From a virus (lineage: Duplodnaviria > Caudoviricetes), in IMG/VR virus record IMGVR_UViG_3300027608_000010: DNA of 64,000 bases. One strand, 5' to 3'. Shown here piece by piece: positions 43,039 to 53,987 of this stretch. Numbering within the stretch: position 1 is the stretch's first letter; each line of letters starts with the position of its first letter. The notes below the pieces were generated by a model, which saw nothing but the letters and a program-made list of their open reading frames with translations, did not search any database and was not told the origin of the DNA. The position numbers and the translations under genes are program-made.

Positions 43039-43464
43039 TTAATCTCCTAATGCGATGGTTGTCGCTGAAAACGGGTATTTGCGGGTTTGCACAGATTGAC
43101 TAGTGTTGGTAATCATTACAACTGCTTGGTCTCCCGGAGCCGGTGCGTTATAAATTATTAAATTACCATTACTTGTCACTCTAAATCCTTTGTATGAGTT
43201 ATATTCTACGATCCACGGATATGTCAATTCATTGACATATGGTGCTAAAATCTGACCATTCAATGTTACTTGAACATCTTTTGAATCTACTACTGTATTT
43301 ATGCTAGTTTGATCCTGCTTCAACGGAAACACTGCTTTTCTACCGTCAAATTGAGTACTAATATCATTACAAACAATGGGTAAGCTACCGCGAAAAAGCG
43401 TACCTATCGTTACTGTATTAGCTGATAAGTCTGTGCCTGTTGATTTAATTTTTGTTAGTGCCAT
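43039..43464 (-). CDS. small virion-associated protein, 141 aa
   Basis: DISTQFDG...VTLNGQ module as in T4-like baseplate/fibre accessory proteins. Confidence 0.55.
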   Translation of the reverse strand: MALTKIKSTGTDLSANTVTIGTLFRGSLPIVCNDISTQFDGRKAVFPLKQDQTSINTVVDSKDVQVTLNGQILAPYVNELTYPWIVEYNSYKGFRVTSNGNLIIYNAPAPGDQAVVMITNTSQSVQTRKYPFSATTIALGD

Positions 43465-43478
43465 ATTTGTCCTTTATT

Positions 43479-46400
43479 TTATCTTACTGAAAGTGCCCCG
43501 GTTGGTGCTGTAAAATTAGCAGTGTATCTTGCAAATCCTTTTGTGATTCTTAAATCGTCTATGTAACCATTTAACAAACTTGTCATTCCGTTAGAGTCTT
43601 GTCCAACGTATAGAGAATACGGAACACTATAGTTTCTAGCGTCAGTGTAGGTTGACCCAGTTTGTGTCCCGTTAATAAATATTTTTGAACTTCCGGATGC
43701 TCTAGTAAGTGCTATATGATACCATATACCTGCGCTAGGTGACCAAGTAGCGTTGATAGCATTATTTACTGTAGGTGAAATATAATATGTCAAATTACCA
43801 GCAGTATTATTCCAAGTGATCCCCATACGATCAGATGTAGAACCTGTGACTGATAACCATACAATATCCTGTCTATTAGAAGTATTAGTAAAGTTAATCC
43901 AAAATTCAACTGTGAAGTCACCTGTACCAAACGCAAAGTTTGGTGTAGATGACAACATATTCAATGACTGTGTCGTTGCGTTAAAACTCATACTAGCAAC
44001 ATTATACTTCTTAACACTGGTGCTTAACTGTGCATTACCTACAGTCTCTAACACATTAGTAGAGTGTTGGTCAACTATGCCACCGTTATTGAAGTTCAAT
44101 AATAAACTTGATGGTCTTGATGTAGAATAATTACCTATTGTTTGTGTGGGTGGTATAAATGATGATGTGTACACTGCGGTGCCAATAACGACTCTTGCGT
44201 TAGAAATATAACCCATAAAATTACTGCCGCTACTGTGTTGACCAATTCGAATTGTTTCGGTATGATTATATAATGCAGCGCCAACACCTGTTGATGTGGC
44301 TGCAATAGCACCATTTTTATATAAAGTAATTGTTGTGCCGCTACGCACCATTGCAACATGGTTCCATGTGTTGGTAGTAATAGCTACTGTGTCAGTAGGA
44401 GTTGCTAGCCAACTTCCACCACTAGAACTAACTAAACCAGTTAACAGATTTGTTGTTGAAGCTACAACTATTCCAAATTCTGCATAAACAGGAGAACCTT
44501 GATAACCTTTTGCAATCAAAACTCTTTCACTACCAAGAGCACCGGTAAGGTTAAACCAACATTCAATAGTAAAATCGGTGTTTGCACCAATCCATTGATT
44601 AGTTGAATGCGTTACATCCAAATAATCCCCAGTACCATCAAAGTATGCACTGCCACCATGTGTGGTTGGGGTATAACTTGTACCACTCTGTGCGGTGTAT
44701 CCTAATGGGTTGAATTGTCTTGGCTTTACGTCGCCAGTCACGGTTATTGTAAATGCATTAGTACTGTTATCAATCATGGTAGTTGATTGACAAGTTAACA
44801 GTGAAACTTGTGAGGCAGTAGCACTTTGACTTGTGGTAGTCAATGGTGTAGTACTTGGTGTAAAACTAGTTGTATATAATCCAGTACCTTTAATTATACG
44901 AACATTACTTATAAAACCAGTGAAAAAATTACCTGTATCATCACTCACCCCTATTCTAAGGTCTTTGTTGGCACCATTATAAAAATATATTGTTGGGAAA
45001 GAAGCCATATTAAACGTAGTTGGGTCAGCTACTCCGTTGATGTAAAATGTTAATGTATTTCCAACTCTTACTAATGCAACATGAGTCCAAACGTTTGCAG
45101 AGATTGTAGTTGAACCGGTGAAGGTGTTAGTTTGAATTCCGGACGCCGCACCGGTGTATATAAATTGAAGAACATTTCCAGTAGTAATTCGCCAACTAAA
45201 TGCACCGCCGCCATTCCAATTATTTACTATACCTCTTTCAGTACCGGCTGTCATTGGGTATATCCAGCATTCAATAGTAAAATTACCCCCGCTGAATAGA
45301 AAAGGAGTATACTGTGCTATACTTAAATAATCCCCAGTACCATCAAAGTAATTGCTATAACTAATAGGTGTTGCTTCAGGCACACTACCGAATGGACTTA
45401 GTGCTTGTACTGAAGTATCACCGTTTTTAGTAATTGCAAAACTATTAGGTGAATTGTCAATTAATCTATTTGTTTGACAAGTTAATAAACTTGTATTTGT
45501 TATAGGTGTTAGTGGAGACGTAGGTGGGGTAAATGTCGAAGTGTATAATGCGGTACCTTTAAGTACACGAACATTAGAAATGTATCCCTGAACATAGTCG
45601 GTTGAACCGCCATTGCCTATCCAGACTGCATCAGTTACTGTTCCTATATTGCCAGACAACGTTGATGTGCCAACACTTGTTCCATTAAACCACAAAGTGA
45701 TACCTGTTCCAGATCTAGTCAATGCCACATGGTACCATTGGTTTGCTGCTAGTGTAGCTGATGTAGTAATTGCTCCTGTTGTTGCGCTATTATTAAATAT
45801 AACCCTCATTGTCGCACCATTGTTCATTTGAAACATCCAGCCATACACGCCCGCAGACGGATATTGTCCTACTAGTACTTGATAACCCGTTACTCTTTGT
45901 AGATATACCCAACATTCTACAGTAAAATCAGCTGTGAATTGAAATGCTGCATTTCCTGGGACACTCAAATAATCCCCAGTACCATCAAAGTAATTACTCC
46001 AACCTGTCACACTATAAGGACTAAATGTACCTTGACTTGTATTACCATTTCGTGTGATGATATTGTTGAATGGTCCGTTATCTATAATAGCTTGATTAGT
46101 TGCACCACCATTATATTGTAATGTTAGTAAACTTGTGTTTGTTATAGCTGTTAGTGGTGTTGTGCTTGGTGTGAAAGTACCTGTATATACTGCGGTACCT
46201 TTAACTATGCGTAAATCTGAAATATATCCGTTAACAAAACTATTATTAGCTCCAGCATTTCTGCCAATATTTAATGTATTAGGTGATGTAAAAGAGTATG
46301 ACACTGTATTAGTTCCAATACTAATACCATTTACATAACAAGTTAATGTAGTACCAACTCTACAAAATGCTATATGATACCAAACACTAGCAGTTAATGT

Positions 46401-48077
46401 TTGTGTAAATGCATATGAAGTTATTGTAGTTACAGTCGCTCTAATTTGTGTACTTTGAATACTGACTCCAAATTGTCCCGAAGAAGCACAATCTAACATA
46501 GAATACTCACCGGATGTTACTGCAACACTCAGATAAACCCAAAACTCAACAGTGAAATCACCTGTACCAAATGCAAATGCAGAATTCGATGGTATTGTTA
46601 AATAATCTCCAGTACCATCAAAGTATGTACTACCATAAGTACTGTAACTACTGTTTGCAGTGAATGGTATTGCAGGTGATATTAATGTATCCCCTGCTTT
46701 AGTGATTGTGAATGCGTTAGTAGATTTATCAATTAACCTATTACTTTGACAGGTTAATAAACTAGTATTTGTAATTGCAGTTAGTGGTGTTGTACTTGGT
46801 GTAAACCCACTACTGTATGATGCAGTATCACTAATTGCTCTGAGATTAGAAATAAAACCAGTATAATAACGTTGTCTATCTACACCAATAACTATTCCAG
46901 TAGAAGAATTTGGATTGGTTATTGTAGTAGTACCTGATAATGTTTGATTAATTCCATTAACATATATTGTGGTAACGCCAGCGGTGACTATCCATGCAAC
47001 ATGATTCCAAGTATTTAGTGATAATGCGTTAGCCGCAAGTGCTTGTTTAGAAGTGCCATCATACCAGGCAATTACTGGTTTGTTTGCGATATCCGTGCCG
47101 CAACTCCAGTTCATATTTGTACCCGATGCACCACTTGCATCTCCCAGCACAATATTAAAATAACCAGCTGCTGTTTGAAAAGTATTTTGATATAACCAGG
47201 CTTCAACTGTAAATGTTTTACCCGTTCCGAAAAAAGTTCCGCTTAAGAAATTGCCTGCTGCAGGTGTACTTAAGAAATCCCCAGTACCATCAAAATAATT
47301 ACTATAATATCCATCACCTTGATATGGACTAAACAATGTAGGTTTCGTATCACCTGCAATTGTCAATCCAAAACTATTTGTACTAGCGTCATTTATAAAT
47401 GGGGTTACTGTAGTTTCCCCATTCAATAATAATGTTGTATACTTAAAGTTAGAATCACCAAATGCAATATTAAGTGTAATCAATTGCTGTACGCTTTGTA
47501 ATTGTGCATCAGTTACAATAACAGTAAAACTATATGTGGTATCAGTTGTGAGGACACCACTTATAGTCCCTGTTAATACCCCAGTACTTGTTAATGAAAT
47601 ACCTGCTGGTAAAGTACTACCACTCTGTAATTCATAAGTTAACGGAGCATCACCTGCTACTACCAATTGAATATTAATTGTAGTAGTATCAGTAGTATAA
47701 CTAGATGTTGTCCAAGTTGGGAATCCACTAGCGGTTAATATATACAATGCGCCGGTATTGTTTGTATTAAACAATGTTAAAGTATATGATCCATTTCCTA
47801 TACTAGGAATTACTGCTAAAATTTCATTTGAACTAATAAGTGTAGAAGTTGCAATAGCTACTCCATTAAAATATAATGAATAACCGGACATGAATCCTAT
47901 GCCAAGTATTTTAATATAACCACCGGCATTTGATACAGCAGTATCAACAGTATTATCCAATGCAATATAATTGCTGTCAGTTATTATCACTTGTCTAATA
48001 ATAGCTGTAGCTGAATATGTGCTTGAAAGTGAGCTACTACTCGTGGTTTTACGAGTGCTAGCAGTTTTTATTGCCAT
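43479..48077 (-). CDS. tail fibre with Ig-like domains and about 6 LamG/ConA-like lectin domains, 1532 aa
   Basis: Repeated YFDGTGDYL...DFTVECW...W.HVA..R...GYISN.RI.KG; He_PIG-like LPAGISLTSTGVLTGT. Confidence 0.85.
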   Translation of the reverse strand: MAIKTASTRKTTSSSSLSSTYSATAIIRQVIITDSNYIALDNTVDTAVSNAGGYIKILGIGFMSGYSLYFNGVAIATSTLISSNEILAVIPSIGNGSYTLTLFNTNNTGALYILTASGFPTWTTSSYTTDTTTINIQLVVAGDAPLTYELQSGSTLPAGISLTSTGVLTGTISGVLTTDTTYSFTVIVTDAQLQSVQQLITLNIAFGDSNFKYTTLLLNGETTVTPFINDASTNSFGLTIAGDTKPTLFSPYQGDGYYSNYFDGTGDFLSTPAAGNFLSGTFFGTGKTFTVEAWLYQNTFQTAAGYFNIVLGDASGASGTNMNWSCGTDIANKPVIAWYDGTSKQALAANALSLNTWNHVAWIVTAGVTTIYVNGINQTLSGTTTITNPNSSTGIVIGVDRQRYYTGFISNLRAISDTASYSSGFTPSTTPLTAITNTSLLTCQSNRLIDKSTNAFTITKAGDTLISPAIPFTANSSYSTYGSTYFDGTGDYLTIPSNSAFAFGTGDFTVEFWVYLSVAVTSGEYSMLDCASSGQFGVSIQSTQIRATVTTITSYAFTQTLTASVWYHIAFCRVGTTLTCYVNGISIGTNTVSYSFTSPNTLNIGRNAGANNSFVNGYISDLRIVKGTAVYTGTFTPSTTPLTAITNTSLLTLQYNGGATNQAIIDNGPFNNIITRNGNTSQGTFSPYSVTGWSNYFDGTGDYLSVPGNAAFQFTADFTVECWVYLQRVTGYQVLVGQYPSAGVYGWMFQMNNGATMRVIFNNSATTGAITTSATLAANQWYHVALTRSGTGITLWFNGTSVGTSTLSGNIGTVTDAVWIGNGGSTDYVQGYISNVRVLKGTALYTSTFTPPTSPLTPITNTSLLTCQTNRLIDNSPNSFAITKNGDTSVQALSPFGSVPEATPISYSNYFDGTGDYLSIAQYTPFLFSGGNFTIECWIYPMTAGTERGIVNNWNGGGAFSWRITTGNVLQFIYTGAASGIQTNTFTGSTTISANVWTHVALVRVGNTLTFYINGVADPTTFNMASFPTIYFYNGANKDLRIGVSDDTGNFFTGFISNVRIIKGTGLYTTSFTPSTTPLTTTSQSATASQVSLLTCQSTTMIDNSTNAFTITVTGDVKPRQFNPLGYTAQSGTSYTPTTHGGSAYFDGTGDYLDVTHSTNQWIGANTDFTIECWFNLTGALGSERVLIAKGYQGSPVYAEFGIVVASTTNLLTGLVSSSGGSWLATPTDTVAITTNTWNHVAMVRSGTTITLYKNGAIAATSTGVGAALYNHTETIRIGQHSSGSNFMGYISNARVVIGTAVYTSSFIPPTQTIGNYSTSRPSSLLLNFNNGGIVDQHSTNVLETVGNAQLSTSVKKYNVASMSFNATTQSLNMLSSTPNFAFGTGDFTVEFWINFTNTSNRQDIVWLSVTGSTSDRMGITWNNTAGNLTYYISPTVNNAINATWSPSAGIWYHIALTRASGSSKIFINGTQTGSTYTDARNYSVPYSLYVGQDSNGMTSLLNGYIDDLRITKGFARYTANFTAPTGALSVR

Positions 48078-48406
48078 TAGCTAATCTCGCTTCCAAATGC
48101 ATTGAAACTAACTGTAGCTGAATTTGCGCTACATGCAATTAAATCAGTAGTTGCTAATGTAATACCCAACGTCAATGTAATTGTATCGTTTGCTGGCACC
48201 GATGTGTTATAATTTATATAGTGTTTGGTTAATATGCTTGCTCCGGCTGGTTGAACTGCTATAGTAAATGTAGCAGTTGTCGCCGCTTGATTACAGATTG
48301 ATATTGTACTTATTACTGTTTGTGTACCTGCAGGAACTGTGTACAATGTTGTCATTGTACTACTTGAAGGATTGATTTGTCCTAATACTTTATATACGGT
48401 TGCCAT
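48077..48406 (-). CDS. small fibre adaptor protein (paralog of 55677-56006)
   Basis: YKVLGQ...TLYTVPAGT...CNQAAT; 109 aa; TAATG-coupled to the next gene. Confidence 0.7.
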   Translation of the reverse strand: MATVYKVLGQINPSSSTMTTLYTVPAGTQTVISTISICNQAATTATFTIAVQPAGASILTKHYINYNTSVPANDTITLTLGITLATTDLIACSANSATVSFNAFGSEIS

Positions 48407-48434
48407 GATTTATCCTATTATTCTATATTTATTC

Positions 48435-51400
48435 TTATTGAGTTACCATATTTGATGGTACAGTGAAGTTAGCAGTATATCTTGCAAAACCTTTAGTGAT
48501 TCTTAGTTCGTCTATGTAACCATTTAATACATTGTTACCATCATTTCCCCTACCAATATTAATAGTGTTAGTCAATGTAAAGTTATTGGTGTCAGCATAA
48601 GTGCTTCCTGTTTGAACTCCATTTAAATACATTTTTGAACTACCTGAATTTCTTACTAGTGCAACATGATACCATGTGGCTGCACTTAATGTAGTACCTG
48701 ATGTTATTCGATCTGCACCGTTCATATAATATCTTAGTGTAGAAGAACTGAAATACAATAACGGGGTTATACCAGTTGAACCTGATCTAGTATCAAATAT
48801 AGCGCCTACTGCACCTGATACAATATAGAACCATGCTTCAATAGTAAAATCACCGGTGCCAAAAACAAAGCCCGGGTTAGTTGGTATAGTTAAATAATCC
48901 CCAGTACCATCAAAATACATACTAGCTGAACCGTATTTTTTAACCTCAGTGCTTAACTGTGCGTTACCTGAAGTTTCTAATACATGTGAACCGTGTGCAT
49001 CAACTATGCCACTAGTATTAAAATTCAATAATAAACTTGATGGGTATGTAGCAGAATAGTTTGTTACTGTTTGTGTTGGTGGTAAAAAGGGTGTAGTATA
49101 TACTGCACGTTTAGTAACTCTAACATCACTCATATAACCATAGAAGGTTGCACCGACATTATCACCAAATAATCTACCAACTGTTATTACTGGTGTGCCG
49201 GAGATATTGGGTGTGGCTGAGTTTGTTAGTACAGATATACCATTCACATACACAGTATTTGTACTTCCTGAACGAACAAAAGCAATGTGATTCCAAGCAC
49301 CAATTGTTATAGGAGTATTAGTTGATGAGTAAGAGGTAGCGTTACCCGCAACCCAAAATGTTATATTACGACTTGTCTCTAAATAAATTCCAAAATTTGC
49401 AAGGCCGGAACTAGCTGTATTATTGATGCCTACTAAACCTGCTGATGCTGGAATACTTGTTGGATATGCCCAACATTCAACTGTGAAATCCCCAGGCATT
49501 GCGTTTGATGCACTTGCAGGTGTTGTTAGATAGTCTGTTGTACCATCAAAGAATGCAGAGCCACCATGTGTAGTAGGTGAATAATTAGCTGTTAATTGTG
49601 TTGTATATCCAAATGAATTGAATATTCTTGGTACTGTATTGCCGGCAGCAGTTATTGTAAATGCGTTAGTACTGTTATCAATCATGGTAGTTGATTGACA
49701 GGTTAATAAACTTGTGTTTGTAATTGCTGTTAATGGTGTTGTGCTTGGTGTAAATGTTGCGGTATATACTCCTGTGCCTTTTACCACTCGTAAGTTGGTG
49801 ATGAATCCAAGCATCGGATTACTAGAAAGATCAAATCCATTTATACCAATAACTGGTCTGCTTGTTGTGCCTACCACATAGTTATTGTTATCAGTGTAGG
49901 TGGTGTTAACTTGGGTACCATTTAAATACAATTTACCACTGTTTGAAATTTTTACATATGCAATATGATACCATGTTGATATCACCAGTGTGCCACCACT
50001 AGTAAGGATTGTTCCGGCTAATGTAAATACTTGTATTACACCGCCGGTAGTCACTTGTATAGCAAATCTTCCGGTACCGGTGGCATCTGCGCTATTCAAT
50101 GTGTCGTATATTGTTCTTGTTGCTGCCAAACTGGTAATATAAATCCAGCATTCAAAGGTAAAATCGCCGGTGCCCATAGTAAATTGAATTTGATTGCTAG
50201 GTAGTGTAAAATAATCCCCGGTACCATCAAAGAAATTACTATAACTAATAGGCGTTGCTTCACTTATACTACCAAACGGTGAGTAGGCTTGAACTGAAAC
50301 ATCACCTGCTTTAGTGATTGCAAAATTATTAGGAGAGTTGTCAATTAATCTGTTACTTTGACAAGTTAATAAACTTGTATTTGTTATAGGTGTTAGTGGA
50401 GACGTAGGTGAGGTAAATGCTGCGGTATAAAGTGCAGTACCTTTAAGTATGCGAAGGTTAGAGATATAACCAGTGAAATAATTAACAGCCCCAGTCATAA
50501 ATCCAATAGTTAAGTCTCCGGTATTATTTCCCATAGTAATAGTTAACGCAGTTGGACCAACAATAATTACGCCATTTAAAAATACTGTTATATTACCACC
50601 ACTTCGAACTGCCATAACATGATACCATGTATTTGTTGCTACTGTTACTACAGATATAAAGTTTTGATTTCCACCAGCACCGGCAGCAGGACTTAATGTC
50701 AATTGTATTTGATTGCTAACATTTATCATAAGTACGTATTGAGATTGTCTTGTTCCACTTACTCCATCTTTTTGTACAATAATTTGTTGAACCCCTAAAA
50801 CAGTTGCATAAAACCAGGCTTCGATTGTCCAATTAGGAGTACTAGTTGATAAATCCAATGCCGTATTGTTGGTAATACTTAGAGAATCCCCAGTACCATC
50901 AAAGTAGTTACTCCAACCCGTCACACTATAAGGACTAAATGATCCTTGTTTAGTATTTCCTGCTTTCGTAAGCAAAGTATTGAATGGACTATTATCTATA
51001 ATACCAGTACTGGTTGCACCACCGTTGTATTGTAGTGTTAACAGTTGTGTATTTGTAACTGCTGTTGGAGGAATTTGTGGTGACAAAAAATTAGATGTGT
51101 AAAGTGCAGTACCTTTAAGAATACGAACATTTGAAATATACCCACTGAAGTCTTGACTCCCTGGTCTAGAATCTCCTATTTTTAAATCATCAACTTGTGA
51201 AAAGTCAGTAGCGGTTGTTGCCGTACCCACAACAACGCCATCTAAGAATGCTTTAACAGAGGTACCTGAACGAGTTAATGCAACATGGTGCCAACTATTT
51301 AATGTTACAACAGTAGCATTTGTTACTGCGGTTGAAGTATATGAAAATTCTAGGTCTCCGGTACCACCGCCTATTCTAAGTTCCCATCCTGTAGTATTTG

Positions 51401-53627
51401 TTCCTTTAGCTATAATACCTTTGGTGCTGGCACCAACAGCGGTTGGGAAAATCCAACATTCTACAGTAAAATCACCTGTACCAAATTGCAAGTTTACATT
51501 ATTTGGTATAGTTAAATAATCTCCAGTACCATCAAAATATGCTGAACCCAAAGTAGTTAAGGTGTTTGTGCCTGTCGTCATTGTGAACGGGCTCACTGCT
51601 ATTGGCTGTACTCCTCCCACAACCGTAATAGCCGATGTATATGATGAGTTATCAATAAATGTTGCGGCTGCACAAGTAAGTAAACTTGTATTTGAACCGG
51701 TAATGGCAGCAATATTTGTACCAGATGCTTGCGTAGATTCTAACGGACTTGTTGGTGTAGTGAAAGTATCAGTATAAACACCAAGTCCTTTTACTATGCG
51801 AAGATTAGAAATATATCCTGTAACATAGGTTGATCCGGCGCTGTCTTTACCAATTGTTAGTAATTGTGACGGATAATTTATAGTATCTGCGTAAGTGCTA
51901 CCACTTTGAACACCATTAATGTATAATTTAGATGATCCAGATATACGTACTAATGCAAGGTGTTGCCAAGTATATAGTACCATTGCCGATCCAGTAATTC
52001 TACTGCTACCGCCGCCGCTGGTCGAGTAATAACTAATAGCAGTTCCATTATAATATAATAATAATCTATTACTACCATTATCAAAATCTACCCAATCTTG
52101 TCTTGCGTTAACAGTTGGGTATACCCATAATTCTATTGTAAAATCACCTGTACCAAAAGTTAATGCCGTGCTACCTGGTGTTGTTAAATACCCAGACGCA
52201 AGAAATTTTGTGCTATATAGTGTATTGTATAGTGCAGTAGTTGGTGTTGCGAATGGTGTCAATGGGTTAACTGTAACATCGCCGGTTTTAGTGATTGTGA
52301 ATGCGTTAGTAGATTCATCAACTAAATTATTTGATTGACAAGTTAATAAACTTGTATTTGCTATTACAGTTAGTGGTGTTGTGCTTGGTGTAAATGTAGT
52401 AGTGTATAATGCAGTACCGTTAAGTATTCTCATATTACTGATGTACCCGGTAAAATTTTCATTGACCCCTGAAGCACCTATTCTCATTGCACCAGATGAA
52501 TAATATGTACCTGAACGTGTTGCGGTCGTAGCATCTAATACACCATTTACAAACATACGTATTGTATTACTATTTCTAGTCAATGCAATATGTTGCCATT
52601 GATTAACTACAATAGTTGTTGAAGTTGCTGTTATAGCAGTACTTAAATTTTCCAAATACATTCTACCTGAACTGTTCATTTTCCAAATGAATACGTTGTC
52701 TGGCGCGCCCCATTGTCCCAAGAATGTATGATATCCTGTAATTGCTGTTGGATATACCCAACATTCAAATGTCCAATCACCAGTAAAATTCCAGGCAGCG
52801 TTAGCCGGTGCAGTTAAATAATCTCCAGTACCATCGAAAAAGTTACTGTAATATCCTTTACTATATGGTGTAAACTTAGTAGGTTTTGTGTCACCTTGAA
52901 TTACCAATGGAAGACTGTTTGTACTTGCATCACTGATGAATGGAGTTACAGTTGTTTCTCCGTTCAGTAATAATGTTGTATACTTAAAGTAAGGATCACC
53001 AAATTGAAAAGTCAATGTAATTGATTGCTGAGTACTTTGTAACTGTGCATCATCTACAATAACAGTAAAATAGAACACACTATCAGTTGTAACACTAGTT
53101 GCAGTCCCGGTTAACACTCCAGTAGAAGTTAATGTAATTCCTGTTGGTAATGTACTACCATTTTGCAATGAATAGGTTAATGGTGTATCACCGGCAGCTA
53201 ATAATTGAATATTAATTGTAGTGACACTAGTATTGTAACTAGAGGTTGACCAAGTTGGGAATCCAGAATAAACAATACCAGGAGTTAATAACGCGGCTGC
53301 ACCTTGAGGAGTGATTATGTAAATAACATATGTACCATTACTTAGCGCAGGCATAATAAATCCAATTCTAGTTGGATCTAAGTAAGTTGTGGCTACTGAA
53401 CTGTTATTGATATAAACTGTCATACCAGTTACAAAGTTATTTCCATATATTACAACTGTTGAGCCGGAAGTAGCCGCAGTATCATCAATAGCAATATAAT
53501 TGCCGTCGGTTACTGCATAACCATTAATTTTAATAACTGGGAAAATTGCCTGAATTGATTGATTTTGTACCGAAATTGCGCCAGTACCATCAGTTGCACG
53601 TTTACCCCTGAAGCCGCTGTTTAACAT
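48435..53627 (-). CDS. tail fibre with Ig-like domains and about 7 LamG/ConA-like lectin domains, 1730 aa
   Basis: Same repeat as 43479-48077; shared N-terminal Ig module and FGDPYFKYTTLLLNGE linker. Confidence 0.85.
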   Translation of the reverse strand: MLNSGFRGKRATDGTGAISVQNQSIQAIFPVIKINGYAVTDGNYIAIDDTAATSGSTVVIYGNNFVTGMTVYINNSSVATTYLDPTRIGFIMPALSNGTYVIYIITPQGAAALLTPGIVYSGFPTWSTSSYNTSVTTINIQLLAAGDTPLTYSLQNGSTLPTGITLTSTGVLTGTATSVTTDSVFYFTVIVDDAQLQSTQQSITLTFQFGDPYFKYTTLLLNGETTVTPFISDASTNSLPLVIQGDTKPTKFTPYSKGYYSNFFDGTGDYLTAPANAAWNFTGDWTFECWVYPTAITGYHTFLGQWGAPDNVFIWKMNSSGRMYLENLSTAITATSTTIVVNQWQHIALTRNSNTIRMFVNGVLDATTATRSGTYYSSGAMRIGASGVNENFTGYISNMRILNGTALYTTTFTPSTTPLTVIANTSLLTCQSNNLVDESTNAFTITKTGDVTVNPLTPFATPTTALYNTLYSTKFLASGYLTTPGSTALTFGTGDFTIELWVYPTVNARQDWVDFDNGSNRLLLYYNGTAISYYSTSGGGSSRITGSAMVLYTWQHLALVRISGSSKLYINGVQSGSTYADTINYPSQLLTIGKDSAGSTYVTGYISNLRIVKGLGVYTDTFTTPTSPLESTQASGTNIAAITGSNTSLLTCAAATFIDNSSYTSAITVVGGVQPIAVSPFTMTTGTNTLTTLGSAYFDGTGDYLTIPNNVNLQFGTGDFTVECWIFPTAVGASTKGIIAKGTNTTGWELRIGGGTGDLEFSYTSTAVTNATVVTLNSWHHVALTRSGTSVKAFLDGVVVGTATTATDFSQVDDLKIGDSRPGSQDFSGYISNVRILKGTALYTSNFLSPQIPPTAVTNTQLLTLQYNGGATSTGIIDNSPFNTLLTKAGNTKQGSFSPYSVTGWSNYFDGTGDSLSITNNTALDLSTSTPNWTIEAWFYATVLGVQQIIVQKDGVSGTRQSQYVLMINVSNQIQLTLSPAAGAGGNQNFISVVTVATNTWYHVMAVRSGGNITVFLNGVIIVGPTALTITMGNNTGDLTIGFMTGAVNYFTGYISNLRILKGTALYTAAFTSPTSPLTPITNTSLLTCQSNRLIDNSPNNFAITKAGDVSVQAYSPFGSISEATPISYSNFFDGTGDYFTLPSNQIQFTMGTGDFTFECWIYITSLAATRTIYDTLNSADATGTGRFAIQVTTGGVIQVFTLAGTILTSGGTLVISTWYHIAYVKISNSGKLYLNGTQVNTTYTDNNNYVVGTTSRPVIGINGFDLSSNPMLGFITNLRVVKGTGVYTATFTPSTTPLTAITNTSLLTCQSTTMIDNSTNAFTITAAGNTVPRIFNSFGYTTQLTANYSPTTHGGSAFFDGTTDYLTTPASASNAMPGDFTVECWAYPTSIPASAGLVGINNTASSGLANFGIYLETSRNITFWVAGNATSYSSTNTPITIGAWNHIAFVRSGSTNTVYVNGISVLTNSATPNISGTPVITVGRLFGDNVGATFYGYMSDVRVTKRAVYTTPFLPPTQTVTNYSATYPSSLLLNFNTSGIVDAHGSHVLETSGNAQLSTEVKKYGSASMYFDGTGDYLTIPTNPGFVFGTGDFTIEAWFYIVSGAVGAIFDTRSGSTGITPLLYFSSSTLRYYMNGADRITSGTTLSAATWYHVALVRNSGSSKMYLNGVQTGSTYADTNNFTLTNTINIGRGNDGNNVLNGYIDELRITKGFARYTANFTVPSNMVTQ

Positions 53628-53986
53628 TAGCTAATGACCTCATAACTACATGTTGCTTCAAATCTACTAGTTGCATTTGCAGTCAATCTAAGAGTATCAC
53701 CTTCTTCTAAGTAATATATAGTAGATTTGTCAATTGGTGTGAATGAACTACCAATTGGAACACTGATGTTGCTAGATATTCTATATGCTGTACTTGACCT
53801 AAATACATCTACAGTAATTAAGCCTATGTTACCTGCATCTATATTTGAAATTGTCAAAATATTTATTTTGTATACTTGTCCACTTGCGGCACTATTTGTT
53901 ACTATTGCTGTTGCACTAGTTCCAACTGCTTGTACTGCTAGTTTACCAGTGATTGTTGATACGTTTACTATGTTAGGTGCTGCCAT
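53627..53986 (-). CDS. small fibre adaptor protein
   Basis: MAAPNIVNV...YLEEGDTLR...SYEVIS; GGAGGA RBS; TAATG-coupled to the LamG gene. Confidence 0.7.
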   Translation of the reverse strand: MAAPNIVNVSTITGKLAVQAVGTSATAIVTNSAASGQVYKINILTISNIDAGNIGLITVDVFRSSTAYRISSNISVPIGSSFTPIDKSTIYYLEEGDTLRLTANATSRFEATCSYEVIS

Positions 53987-53987
53987 G

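Noticed and set aside
4600-52000. Numerous 60-115-aa antisense ORFs nested in long genes (for example 4600, 6234, 7481, 11766, 32152, 36510, 43816, 51562)
   Set aside because: Fully contained opposite well-supported genes, with no RBS or motif support.
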